A stretch of 64,000 bases of DNA, from the IMG/VR virus record IMGVR_UViG_3300038427_000078, one strand, 5' to 3'. The notes beneath the pieces were generated by a model, which worked only from the letters and a program-made list of their open reading frames with translations, had not been told where the DNA came from and made no database searches. Positions 10,232 through 18,889 of this stretch are shown here, piece by piece (position 1 is the first letter of the stretch; every line of letters starts with the position of its first letter). This DNA is from a virus. A program made the position numbers and the translations under genes.

Positions 10232-10930
10232 ATGTCGGACAAACCGGACCGCAGTGCCAGGGAGATTGAGCTTACTGAGCAACTTCTCGCTGTGAAGATC
10301 GAGCGTGAGGAACGCGAGAGCCGCAAGGTTCAGGTCGAAACAGACCTCGCGGGCTACGAGGTACAGGAATACGAGCGCCAGGAGCGCAACGCGAAATCGA
10401 AGCACTCCGAGGCCCGCATCTACAACTTCGTGGATCAGGTCACACCGCAGTCCGTCAAGTCAGCCATCGGTACGCTGACCGAATGGACCCGCCGAGGCAG
10501 TGACCCGATCACACTGATCGTCAACACCCCAGGCGGCAACGTCTTCTCTGGATTGGCTCTCTTCGACGCCATCAAGTACATCCAGAAAGGTGACGAGGAA
10601 GCAGGGCTTCCTCCGATCACGATCAACACGGTGGCACGCGGCATGGCTGCCAGCATGGGAGGCATCATCTTCCAGGCCGGTAACGAGCGCCGCATCGAGG
10701 ACAACGCTTACATTCTCATCCATGAGATAAGCGACATCGCCATCGGCTCAACCTCCGAGCTTGAAGATGAGGTCAAGTTGACGAAGCGCTTGCAGAAAAA
10801 GCTCGTCAACATCCTCGCGGAGCGCTCAACGTTGAGCACGAAACAGATCGACGCCAACTGGAAACGCAAAGACTGGTGGCTGGACGCTGAGGAAGCGGTC
10901 GCCAAAGGCTTCGCGGACACAATCGTCTGA
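10232..10930 (+). CDS. clpP: ClpP-family protease
   Basis: NTPGGNV, AASMG (catalytic Ser), ILIHE, DWWLDAEEAVAKGFAD. Confidence 0.9.
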   Translation: MSDKPDRSAREIELTEQLLAVKIEREERESRKVQVETDLAGYEVQEYERQERNAKSKHSEARIYNFVDQVTPQSVKSAIGTLTEWTRRGSDPITLIVNTPGGNVFSGLALFDAIKYIQKGDEEAGLPPITINTVARGMAASMGGIIFQAGNERRIEDNAYILIHEISDIAIGSTSELEDEVKLTKRLQKKLVNILAERSTLSTKQIDANWKRKDWWLDAEEAVAKGFADTIV

Positions 10931-10958
10931 GCAAACCCACCACAACAAGGAGAACAGC

Positions 10959-11171
10959 ATGGCATCATCACCATTCAGTACACCAAGCGAGCGGGAGCAG
11001 ATCGCTGCCCTTCGCGCTCATCAGAAGAGCGTGAAAGGACACAAGGCTGCGAAAACGCGCGTCACTTCTGCGGCGGAGGCACTTGCCATCGCTGAGGAGG
11101 ACCACCGCGTAGCTGTGGCCGAGCGTGCAGCCAACAAGGACGCTCTACTAGCAGCACTGGCCGACGCCTGA
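10959..11171 (+). CDS. Small helical protein
   Basis: SD AAGGAG then ORF. Confidence 0.55.
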   Translation: MASSPFSTPSEREQIAALRAHQKSVKGHKAAKTRVTSAAEALAIAEEDHRVAVAERAANKDALLAALADA

Positions 11172-11176
11172 TCGAC

Positions 11177-11506
11177 ATGCCCGCCCCAGGAACATACGGA
11201 GGTCCGGTCAAGACCCCGCCCGACGAACGTACGTATGACAACGCGGACGATTGGGCGGACCTCCTGAACGAAGCGGGCATCTACAAAACGGAGCTTGAGG
11301 GCGACAACGCCTTCGCAGAGTTGCGTGTGGGACGCATGGACGGACCTTGTATCGTGCAGGTTGTGGGTTCGACGCCGGGAAGGAACGGCGTGGACAGGTA
11401 CGAGGTCTACCCGCTGCTCCTCTTGCCACCGGGATTCGATTGGCCTCTCCTTGAGAGTCCTGACCCGGTGGCAGCGGAGCTTCGGAAGCGTTTCTACCTC
11501 GACTGA
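11177..11506 (+). CDS. Hypothetical protein
   Basis: ORF. Confidence 0.55.
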   Translation: MPAPGTYGGPVKTPPDERTYDNADDWADLLNEAGIYKTELEGDNAFAELRVGRMDGPCIVQVVGSTPGRNGVDRYEVYPLLLLPPGFDWPLLESPDPVAAELRKRFYLD

Positions 11507-11537
11507 GATTGATCCTCTTCTCTGATACCATGGGTCC

Positions 11538-12533
11538 ATGGAGTATCAGAAGTATCTAAGGTCTGCTCACTGGCATGATCTTCAACGAGTGTTTTGGGAG
11601 AGGCATGAGCATCGCTGCGTAGTGTGTGGCGCAGAAGAGTCGCTGCATATCCATCACCGAACCTACGAGCATCTTGGGCATGAGGAGTGGGAGGATCTTA
11701 TCCCGTTGTGCGAAGATTGTCACACGCTAGTTCATCGGCTAGTGGACAATGGGCAAGCCTCTTTGTCTGACGCTCATCTCAAGTTGAATCCTTCGCTAGA
11801 GTGTCCTTCTCCGGAAGGACGAATCACTATTCCTCAGCGCCTTGGGCATGGACGCAAACATTTTGATGTTGGATCTGTGCCGTTGTACGTTGAGGGACAG
11901 GAGTACACCCCGGAGCAGTTGGACATGATGGCGACCTATTGGCTATGGACTCGAAGGGAGAACGGCCAGGGTGACATTCTGTTGAGTGCGAGTCAATGGA
12001 AGGGGCGCTACGAGCGTGAGATATACACAGCGGATGGGAAACCACCGGACCCCGCTAATACGACCGACCGCTTTGGCAACTACATCGATGGCATGTACTG
12101 GCGTACATGTCCTGGGGGTCGAAAGTGGGTGACCGAGGGAGTTCGTCGTACGATGGGATGTGGATTCTACTCGCATGCTATCGCAGAGGGCAAGAAGATT
12201 GTTCCTCCGAGAGAAGTCGAGGAGCAGGTCCAATGCCCCGGTCCTGGCTGTGATCGACCGGCTAAGACCGGAGGTCTTTGTCCCGCCCACTACCAGCAGC
12301 AGAGGCAGGGCCGACCTTTGGCCCCCATCCGTGTGCATGACGGACTCGGGTACGACCGCTCTCGAAAAAGGAAGAGCCTCAAGGAAAAAGAGAGGCGGCG
12401 CGTCGAGAAAGAGGAGCGCCAAGAACGTCCGAAGAAACCCAGGAAGAACGGGCGTCTAGTGGTCGTCGGGCGGGATGAGGATGGTCAGCCGATCACAATC
12501 CGAGAAGATTCGTCAGAGCATGCTACAATTTAG
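11538..12533 (+). CDS. HNH-domain multidomain protein
   Basis: CVVC...LHIHHRTY...LCEDCH; later GLCPAHY Zn motif. Confidence 0.75.
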   Translation: MEYQKYLRSAHWHDLQRVFWERHEHRCVVCGAEESLHIHHRTYEHLGHEEWEDLIPLCEDCHTLVHRLVDNGQASLSDAHLKLNPSLECPSPEGRITIPQRLGHGRKHFDVGSVPLYVEGQEYTPEQLDMMATYWLWTRRENGQGDILLSASQWKGRYEREIYTADGKPPDPANTTDRFGNYIDGMYWRTCPGGRKWVTEGVRRTMGCGFYSHAIAEGKKIVPPREVEEQVQCPGPGCDRPAKTGGLCPAHYQQQRQGRPLAPIRVHDGLGYDRSRKRKSLKEKERRRVEKEERQERPKKPRKNGRLVVVGRDEDGQPITIREDSSEHATI

Positions 12534-12737
12534 TCATGACCCGTGCTAGAATAGATGAGATGGATCACTACACCGAACCCATTCTAGTCAAAGGAAACGC
12601 CAAGCAGGGCGGTTCCATCTGACCCTAGACGCATCCGCATAGGACGAGTCTAGGGGCTTCCGAGAGGAAGCCCTTGATGTTTCCGGAGTAGTGTGGTAGG
12701 ATCCAGAAGTACAGCAGCAAGACATAGAACAAAGCCT

Positions 12738-12812
12738 CTCCTCGTAGCTCAGTCAGGACAGAGCAGCCGCCTTCTAAGCGGTCGGTCGAGGGTTCGAATC
12801 CTTTCGGGGGGA
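12738..12812 (+). tRNA. tRNA-Arg(TCT)
   Basis: Cloverleaf, loop CTTCTAA. Confidence 0.9.
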
Positions 12813-13043
12813 CTTGACAGACGCAGATTCGTCTGCTACTCTGTCGAAACGGTAAGGTCCACCGTACATATCCAACGGACCGGCTGGTCAGCCGTAACCA
12901 TACGGCGAGTAGCTTGACGGACAGCGCCCAGGTGGGTGCGAGTCCAGCGCGAATAGCGGTTGAGCGATGTTGACACTTCTGCCTCTCAGAGTAAGCAGCG
13001 GGTACAGAGTTCAGGGTTCGCGCCCGGAGCCAGCCAAATCTTC

Positions 13044-13124
13044 GCCAAGGTATGCAAGTGGACAAAGCACGCTGTCTGTAAAACAGTTCTCTCGGGTTCG
13101 TAGGTTCGACTCCTACCCTTGGCA
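13044..13124 (+). tRNA. tRNA-Tyr(GTA)
   Basis: Cloverleaf, loop CTGTAAA. Confidence 0.9.
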
Positions 13125-13191
13125 TAAAATCGAGTCCCCTCGCGGAAAATTTTTGCGGGGAATGCTCAGGCGAGATTAGCATAATCTTCAC

Positions 13192-13224
13192 GCGCTGGTG
13201 ATGGAACGGTAGACTTGCTTTGTT
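13192..13224 (+). pseudogene. 5' half of split tRNA-Leu(TAG)
   Basis: GCGCTGG-TG-ATGGAACGGTAGAC; acceptor pairs with the 3' half at 13830-13879. Confidence 0.7.
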
Positions 13225-13262
13225 TTCCATTCGCATCTGTGCTATAAGTAATAGAAGCATAC

Positions 13263-13347
13263 GTCCGCATGCTGGAACTCGGTAGACGGGCACGGTTGAG
13301 AGCCGTGTGGCCGAAAGGTCGTGTGGGTTCGACTCCCACTGTGGACA
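13263..13347 (+). tRNA. tRNA-Leu(GAG)
   Basis: Cloverleaf with long variable arm. Confidence 0.9.
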
Positions 13348-13349
13348 TC

Positions 13350-13832
13350 ATGGCATTTATCCATCGCTACACATTGGAGATGTTGGAAGAGGCAGCGGAG
13401 CACAGCACTTCGGTCGCTGGTGTCTGTCGTTATCTCAACATCAACAACCCTGGCGGTAGTTCGCAGACGAACATCCGCAATCGTCTTCGTGACTTCGGCA
13501 TCGATACCTCACACTTCTTGGGTAAAGCTGCTCGCAAAGGAACACAAGCGAGCAATCGAAAGACGGCGGCAGAGATACTTGTACGCCTTCCTTCTGGTGC
13601 CTACCGACCAGAAGCAAAGAAACTTCGACGGGCCTTGATCGAACAGGGACGAGAGTATGTCTGTGAGGGTTGCGGCAACAAAGCGTGGTGGAAAGAAGGC
13701 CCATTGACACTTGAAGTAGATCACATCGACGGCGATTGGCACAACAACGAAGAGGACAACCTTCGTTTCTTGTGTCCTAATTGTCATAGCGTTTACACGT
13801 TGCCCGGTGTACCATGTGGTACGGCGGACTAG
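13350..13832 (+). CDS. HNH homing endonuclease
   Basis: CEGC...LEVDHIDGDWHNNEEDNLRFLCPNCH. Confidence 0.9.
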   Translation: MAFIHRYTLEMLEEAAEHSTSVAGVCRYLNINNPGGSSQTNIRNRLRDFGIDTSHFLGKAARKGTQASNRKTAAEILVRLPSGAYRPEAKKLRRALIEQGREYVCEGCGNKAWWKEGPLTLEVDHIDGDWHNNEEDNLRFLCPNCHSVYTLPGVPCGTAD

Positions 13833-13879
13833 GACGTGGTGCCCTTCGGGGCGTGTGGGTTCGAATCCCACTCAGCGCA
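13830..13879 (+). pseudogene. 3' half of split tRNA-Leu(TAG)
   Basis: TAG-GA-CGTGG, variable arm, T arm, TCAGCGC-A. Confidence 0.75.
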
Positions 13880-14152
13880 TAGGGCCGGTGGTCAGGCGAC
13901 GGGGTAAGCTCCTGTCGAATGCAGCCGAGTAGGTCGGGGATCCAGGCGCGTCTGGTGAAAGACCCGTATCCCTCTTGAGGGGTGCCCATCTCAAGCACTT
14001 GGTTGCGGAGCGGTCAAGTGGGTAGAGGGCGGAAGCCAGCCTTGAAAGGTTGAGCCGAAAGCTCTAGCTCCAATGTTTCAACTCCCGTGTAGTGGTGGAA
14101 GTCCACGTCGCGCAAGCGATTGTTACTGATGTGTGTCATGCACGGGAGCCAT

Positions 14153-14228
14153 GCCGCTGTGAAGGGAATTTGGCATACCTCTCACGCTTAGAACGTGAGG
14201 CTTGTGGGTTCGAGTCCCACTGGCGGCA
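14153..14228 (+). tRNA. tRNA-Leu(TAG), short variable loop
   Basis: Loop CTTAGAA; no long variable arm. Confidence 0.85.
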
Positions 14229-14246
14229 CTCAGTAGTGAAGTACCT

Positions 14247-14318
14247 GCCTCCGTATGGTTAGTGGTAGACCCTCCGACTTTTAATCGGGAAGCTGGGGTT
14301 CGATTCCCCACGGGGGTA
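14247..14318 (+). tRNA. tRNA-Lys(TTT)
   Basis: Loop CTTTTAA. Confidence 0.85.
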
Positions 14319-14469
14319 CTTTTGTGGTGATCGGCTGGGCTTGATCGGCCCGCTGTCCGATGGAAGGTGGTCGTGTGTCCACTCTTCGACCCGCGTCAAG
14401 TAGGGCCACAACGAAGGGCAAGATACCTCCGTACCGCAGCGCGCCGGGACGATAGGTAACACACAACAT

Positions 14470-14542
14470 GGGCCTGTAGCTCAAATGGGAGAGCGCCTGC
14501 CTTGCAAGCAGGAGGTTGAGGGTTCGATTCCCTCTAGGTCCA
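14470..14542 (+). tRNA. tRNA-Ala(TGC)
   Basis: Loop CTTGCAA, G3-U70. Confidence 0.92.
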
Positions 14543-14711
14543 CTGACTGTGGTGATCAGTCAAGCGGTAGCGGCCCCGGTAAAGGGTGCAGCCCGCACGA
14601 ACTCACCACCGCCTCTGCGTTCACGGGCAGAGCAAATGGAAGTGTCGTGAGCTTCCCGTACAATTCTCTCTCCCCGATTTCAGTGCGTGGGATGGAGGGC
14701 GGTCGAATCAA

Positions 14712-14785
14712 CAGGGAGTAGCGCAGTCTGGTAGCGCACTTGGTTTGGAACCAAGGGGTCGCGGGTTCGAATCCCGCCTTCCTGA
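14712..14785 (+). tRNA. tRNA-Pro(TGG)
   Basis: Loop TTTGGAA. Confidence 0.92.
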
Positions 14786-14826
14786 TAGCAGAGGGACGGC
14801 TGCTTCGTAAACCGTCCCGCACTTAC

Positions 14827-14922
14827 GCGCCTGTAGCTCAGTGGTCAACGGTTCTCTTCGGGGAGCCAAAGAGTTGCCGCCTTTCAAGCGGTAGGTCCGG
14901 GGTTCGATTCCCCGTAGGCGCA
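14827..14922 (+). tRNA. tRNA-Glu(TTC) with extra hairpin in D-loop
   Basis: Loop CTTTCAA; GGTTCTC-TTCG-GGGAGCC inside the D-loop. Confidence 0.8.
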
Positions 14923-14979
14923 TAACTCGTACCGCACCCCGGATTAGGGAGTACGAAGGCGGTGCAACGCCGCCACCAG

Positions 14980-15053
14980 CAGGGTATAGCGCAGTCTGGT
15001 AGCGCGCTCCCCTCGGACGGGAGAGGTCGTAGGTTCGAATCCTATTACCCTGA
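14980..15053 (+). tRNA. tRNA-Pro(CGG)
   Basis: Loop CTCGGAC. Confidence 0.9.
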
Positions 15054-15135
15054 TAGCGGCAGGCCATGGCCTGTCTCGAAGATCCTCGGTTGAACCGTGA
15101 AGCCATAGTTACCACGGGCCGGTACGGATCGAGTT

Positions 15136-15208
15136 GCCGGTCTAGCTCTAATGGTAGAGCGCTTCCGTGGTAAGGAAGAGGTTCCGAGTTCGAATCTCGG
15201 GATCGGCT
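15136..15208 (+). tRNA. tRNA-Thr(GGT)
   Basis: Loop GTGGTAA. Confidence 0.9.
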
Positions 15209-15470
15209 TAGCGGGGTAGACTCCATGCGCAGGGGTCGATGTCGAGGGAGTCATGACCCAAGGCACGCGGGTACCGACAGGCAAAGCGCCTGCTCGGTCC
15301 GTGCCGCACACTCATACCGTGCGCCGGGAAACCGCTAGACTGGCGGGTGTTACCGGATAAGGAGAGGCTAGTCACCGATCCGAAAAGGGATTGCTCGCAC
15401 GGTTTTCTAGATTGATCGGTCGGCCTCCGGTAGAGGAGTAGCGGACGGGTCGCCCCTCCACGGAGGGCTT

Positions 15471-15542
15471 GCCAGCAAAGCGGAAGTGGTGCCGCACCCG
15501 TTTCGTAAGCGGGGGAATCGGGTTCAATTCCCGATGCTGGCT
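15471..15542 (+). tRNA. tRNA-Thr(CGT)
   Basis: Loop TTCGTAA; A at position 8. Confidence 0.85.
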
Positions 15543-15693
15543 TTGAGGCCGTGACCTCCGGGTAAGAAGCGCGGGGAGCGTCAGTCTTAGGTTGTCCAGG
15601 GTCTAAATTTGCGCCTGGCTGAGCAGCGGAGACTACATAACCGGCTCGCCTCACTTTCGTACTTTTCTTTCGGGTACGACAAGGTAATGTGTA

Positions 15694-16101
15694 ATGGTAT
15701 GTGCTACCTGTAAAGAAGAGAAGGACTTGGACGAGTTCCATGCTGGTGCTCGCGTGTGTAAAGGCTGCAAGAAGGATGCCGATGCTCGCTCGTTTCAGAA
15801 GCATCGGGAGGCTCGTCTAGAAAAGCGCCGACAGGATCGCCTCGCAGCACGCGAATGGTTTGAGTCCTTGAAGGCAGGAAAGAAGTGTGCCGACTGTGAT
15901 CTGGATCATCCTCCGTGGAGGATGGATTGGGATCACCTTCCAGGCACAGAAAAGCTCTTTGAGATAGCCGATGTCAGCCACATGGCAACGGGAGAGAAGG
16001 GCAAGCGGAAGATACTGGACGAGATTGCCAAGTGCGAGCTTGTCTGTGCCAACTGTCATCGAGACAGAACGCACGACCGCCGACGGGGAGTGGCCCTGTA
16101 A
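15694..16101 (+). CDS. HNH endonuclease
   Basis: CADC...MDWDH...EIAKCELVCANCHR. Confidence 0.85.
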   Translation: MVCATCKEEKDLDEFHAGARVCKGCKKDADARSFQKHREARLEKRRQDRLAAREWFESLKAGKKCADCDLDHPPWRMDWDHLPGTEKLFEIADVSHMATGEKGKRKILDEIAKCELVCANCHRDRTHDRRRGVAL

Positions 16102-16126
16102 CTCGGTTCGACTCCGAGTGTTGGCT
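16102..16126 (+). pseudogene. Orphan tRNA-Thr 3' end
   Basis: CTCGG-TTCGACT-CCGAG-TGTTGGC-T. Confidence 0.7.
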
Positions 16127-16171
16127 TCCATGGCAGACGAGGAGGCAAGCCCTCTCTTGACTCTGCCGCCA

Positions 16172-16244
16172 GGGGGATTGGTGTAAACGGCAATCATGAT
16201 CGGCTCCAACCCGATTGATCAGGGTTCGAATCCTTGATCCCCCG
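16172..16244 (+). tRNA. tRNA-Trp(CCA)
   Basis: Loop CTCCAAC. Confidence 0.85.
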
Positions 16245-16342
16245 CTGTAGCAGACGTGCTACCCGGCCAGGGGATCTACCTGGTGCAGGCCAATGCTGCC
16301 AGCCCACGCCAGTCGAAACGCTGTCCTGTGGCTGGCCTACCT

Positions 16343-16379
16343 GGTGTCTTAGCTCAGATGGTTAGAGCGCTGCCCTGTC
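16343..16379 (+). pseudogene. 5' half of a tRNA-Asp ending at the GTC anticodon
   Basis: GGTGTCT-TAGCTCAGATGGTTAGAGC-G-CTGCC-CT-GTC, then unrelated sequence. Confidence 0.8.
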
Positions 16380-16429
16380 TAGTAGACCACTGGCCTTCAA
16401 GGGCGGTGGTATCGGCTAGGTAATAGCTG

Positions 16430-16846
16430 ATGGCAACTACCAAGGACAAGGGCGACCTCGCTGAGCTACGCATCGCATCAGACTTGATGCGGCAAGGATA
16501 CAAGGTAGCTATTCCCTTCGGTGACAATTGGGACTTCGACCTGATCCTGTACCGCGATGGGTTCGAGAGGGTCCAGGTCAAGTACGCTCAGTCAGACGGT
16601 GAGAAGGTCGAGGTCAAGGCGGTAAGCTACTCGACCAACAAAGGTCTGACCATCTCAGCGAAACAGTACACCGCTGCTGAGATTGACTGGCTTGCGGTGT
16701 ACGATGTGACCACCGACGAATGCTTCTACGTGCCAGCTAGCGAGCTTGGCGACGGGATGAGGATGGTGACGCTCAGGTATAAGCCTGCGCGTAACAACCA
16801 GACCAAGGGCATCCGGTGGACGAAGGACTATGGGTCCGTAGCGTAG
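16430..16846 (+). CDS. PD-(D/E)XK homing endonuclease, I-Ssp6803I-like
   Basis: TKDKGDLAE...PFGDNWDFDLI...RVQVK...YTAAEIDWLAVY. Confidence 0.85.
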   Translation: MATTKDKGDLAELRIASDLMRQGYKVAIPFGDNWDFDLILYRDGFERVQVKYAQSDGEKVEVKAVSYSTNKGLTISAKQYTAAEIDWLAVYDVTTDECFYVPASELGDGMRMVTLRYKPARNNQTKGIRWTKDYGSVA

Positions 16847-16905
16847 TGGTCTAACGCGCCTCCCTGTCAAGGAGGAGAACGGGGGTTCGAATCCCCTCGG
16901 TCCCG
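16832..16905 (+). tRNA. tRNA-Asp(GTC)
   Basis: Complete cloverleaf overlapping the nuclease 3' end. Confidence 0.9.
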
Positions 16906-17118
16906 CTCAACAACGAAGCGGAGAATCATGAAGCTCAGTAAGCTCAGTAAGCTAAGTCGTACATCCGAATTGCTCCCGTATCTTGAATCCGTTGAGCATT
17001 ACGCCAACGCTGCCGTATACCACGGCACCTTCGAGGGCGAACAGTTCACGTTGACCTTTACCTTCGGCCCTTGACTCGTCGCTTGACTTCTAGTCGTGGA
17101 CCGTGTAGACTACGGTCC

Positions 17119-17586
17119 ATGAACCTACTAAAGACACTTCCTGTCGTGCTGCTCGTAGCCCTTGCTGGATGCGGAGCAGTTACCAAAGCACCTGCCAAAG
17201 CACCTGCCCCGCACCCTAGTCTCCCCAAGGTGGTCAAGGTCACGGCGCAACCGACCACGACGACACCGGAACCCAGGCCCAGGCCCAAGCCTAGACCTGC
17301 GGTGGTAGTTCCTGTGCCTACTCCTACGCCTACATACCCGACATGCGATGGCGGACCCGTTGAATGCGGGAAGGCATCGGCAGCACCGACACGGGAAGAA
17401 AGTCTGCAACAGCACTACCGCGAAACCGGAGGCTGCGGTGGGGAAGGAGAGGCTGAATGTCCCGCCCACGGAGAAGGCAGCGGAGAAAATAGCGTCAACA
17501 GCACGGGTGAATCGCGTGCCTGTGCAGAAGAACGTAGTGAATACACAAGTGGCGAGAGGTCTAGTCTCCGCGTTGGCTGTCGATAA
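17119..17586 (+). CDS. Lipoprotein, Pro-rich with Cys-containing C-terminus
   Basis: MNLLKTLPVVLLVALAGC lipobox; leaderless promoter upstream. Confidence 0.75.
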   Translation: MNLLKTLPVVLLVALAGCGAVTKAPAKAPAPHPSLPKVVKVTAQPTTTTPEPRPRPKPRPAVVVPVPTPTPTYPTCDGGPVECGKASAAPTREESLQQHYRETGGCGGEGEAECPAHGEGSGENSVNSTGESRACAEERSEYTSGERSSLRVGCR

Positions 17587-17626
17587 GTCAAGGCGGAGGT
17601 CGCGGGTTCGAGTCCCGTCGTTGTCG
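17587..17626 (+). pseudogene. 3' half of a tRNA-Asp starting at GTC
   Basis: GTC-AA-GGCGG-AGGTC-GCGGG-TTCGAGT-CCCGT... Confidence 0.75.
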
Positions 17627-17639
17627 CTCGCAGTACAAC

Positions 17640-17711
17640 GCGCTGGTAGCTCATTGGCAGAGCAATCGGTTTACACCCGATGTGTATGGGGTTCGATTCC
17701 CTGGTGGCGCA
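17640..17711 (+). tRNA. tRNA-Val(TAC), weak acceptor and T stems
   Basis: Loop TTTACAC. Confidence 0.7.
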
Positions 17712-17758
17712 TAGATGTCAAGTAGCTCTGTAGGCGCAGGGGGGTGCGACATCTTTGA

Positions 17759-17831
17759 GGGCGATTAGCTCAGTTGGGAGAGCGCCGTCGCGACATGGCG
17801 GAAGTCACTGGTTCGAGTCCAGTATTGCCCA
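17759..17831 (+). tRNA. tRNA-Val(GAC)
   Basis: Loop GCGACAT (C33). Confidence 0.85.
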
Positions 17832-18020
17832 CTCTCCTGTCACCTAATTGGTGGCAGGGAATGCAAACCCACGACCAGCGTAAGAAAGGATGGTGATCCA
17901 GAAATCTACCTTGTAGACAGATGGTCGCCGTCCACAGTTGGTCGGCACTAAGTCGTTGGGGGAGGGTGAGGGCCGCTGGCTCTTAGCCCTCCCTCCGAGG
18001 TTCTTCGGAGCCTCACCCAT

Positions 18021-18417
18021 GGGCCTTTCCCGGTAATCGATTGGGTAGGTTCGGCAGTATGTCATGCAGCGGTCGTCACACCTACCTGACAAAAGCCATA
18101 ACTGGCAACGCAACAGACACGCTCGCAATCCCCGCATCTCTCTTCGAGGTTCGGGCTAGCGACGTACTCGCTGTAGCCTAAGAAGCTACAAGCCGGGACC
18201 AGCCGAGTATCCTGGGAACAGAAACCTCGGAGGGCAGTGAGCGCCATGCCCTTGACGTGCAGAGTACCGTTGTAGTTACACCGCAAGGTGTTGGTAGCAC
18301 CCCGCGCGTTCCCGGACGTATAACCGGGTGGTGGAGGCGGGCCATGCCTGTCCCAAAGCTGCTAGAAGTGACGCCTGTACGAGACTCAAGACGGCAGTTC
18401 GACTCTGCCAAGGTCCA
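18021..18417 (+). ncRNA. ssrA: tmRNA; tag (A)GNATDTLAIPASLFEVRASDVLAVA at 18104-18181
   Basis: Acceptor GGGCCTT/AAGGTCC-A with G3-U70; T arm GGCAG-TTCGACT-CTGCC; ATAACT-GGC resume context. Confidence 0.9.
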
Positions 18418-18451
18418 CTAAAACAAGGTCCATCCGTGCTAGAATAGATGG

Positions 18452-18889
18452 ATGGGCAGAGAGCAAAGACGAGCAAAGCAATTGGGTATGCCGCATGGCA
18501 CAGCCATGCACCGCTTGCGTAAACGAGTGATGTTTTCACTAGCTCAGGAGTTGCACTTGGATCAGTGCATCGTGTGTAAGAGGATGATCGAAGATGCTGA
18601 CGACCTTAGCATCGAGCACATCCAGCCGTGGGAGGGCCGAGACACGTCCCTGTTTTGGGACATCACTAACATCGCTTTCTCTCATCGCTGGTGCAACCAA
18701 CCTCATACGCGACCGGGCAAGCCTCCGGTTCATGACCTCAAGCCCGACATGTGGTGGTGCTCCCACTGCGAACAAGAACTTCCGCTTGATCGATTCGGCC
18801 TCAAGACAGTGACAAGTGGAGCTAAACGACCACGAAACTACTGCAACAAATGCCGTACCGAACGTAAAGCAATGGGCCTCTCGGCCTAG
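18452..18889 (+). CDS. HNH endonuclease
   Basis: CIVC...SIEHIQPW...NIAFSHRWCN plus C-terminal Zn motif. Confidence 0.8.
   Translation: MGREQRRAKQLGMPHGTAMHRLRKRVMFSLAQELHLDQCIVCKRMIEDADDLSIEHIQPWEGRDTSLFWDITNIAFSHRWCNQPHTRPGKPPVHDLKPDMWWCSHCEQELPLDRFGLKTVTSGAKRPRNYCNKCRTERKAMGLSA

Noticed and set aside
13225-13829. Group I intron in tRNA-Leu
   Set aside because: No recognisable P7 core, insert does not end in G, and it contains a whole tRNA
13889-13927. SRP RNA helix 8 (TCAGG...GCAGCC), with a similar candidate near 14566
   Set aside because: Stem length and loop do not fit the GNRA-capped consensus; left unassigned
15621-15640. GCAGCGGAGACTACA resembling a group I intron R element
   Set aside because: No matching downstream S element; it pairs locally with AGTCT upstream
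12625-15804. Long minus-strand ORFs over the tRNA island
   Set aside because: Shadow frames of RNA genes with no protein motifs
18872-18882. ATGGGCCTCTC at the HNH end resembling the tmRNA 5' end
   Set aside because: Too short to distinguish from chance
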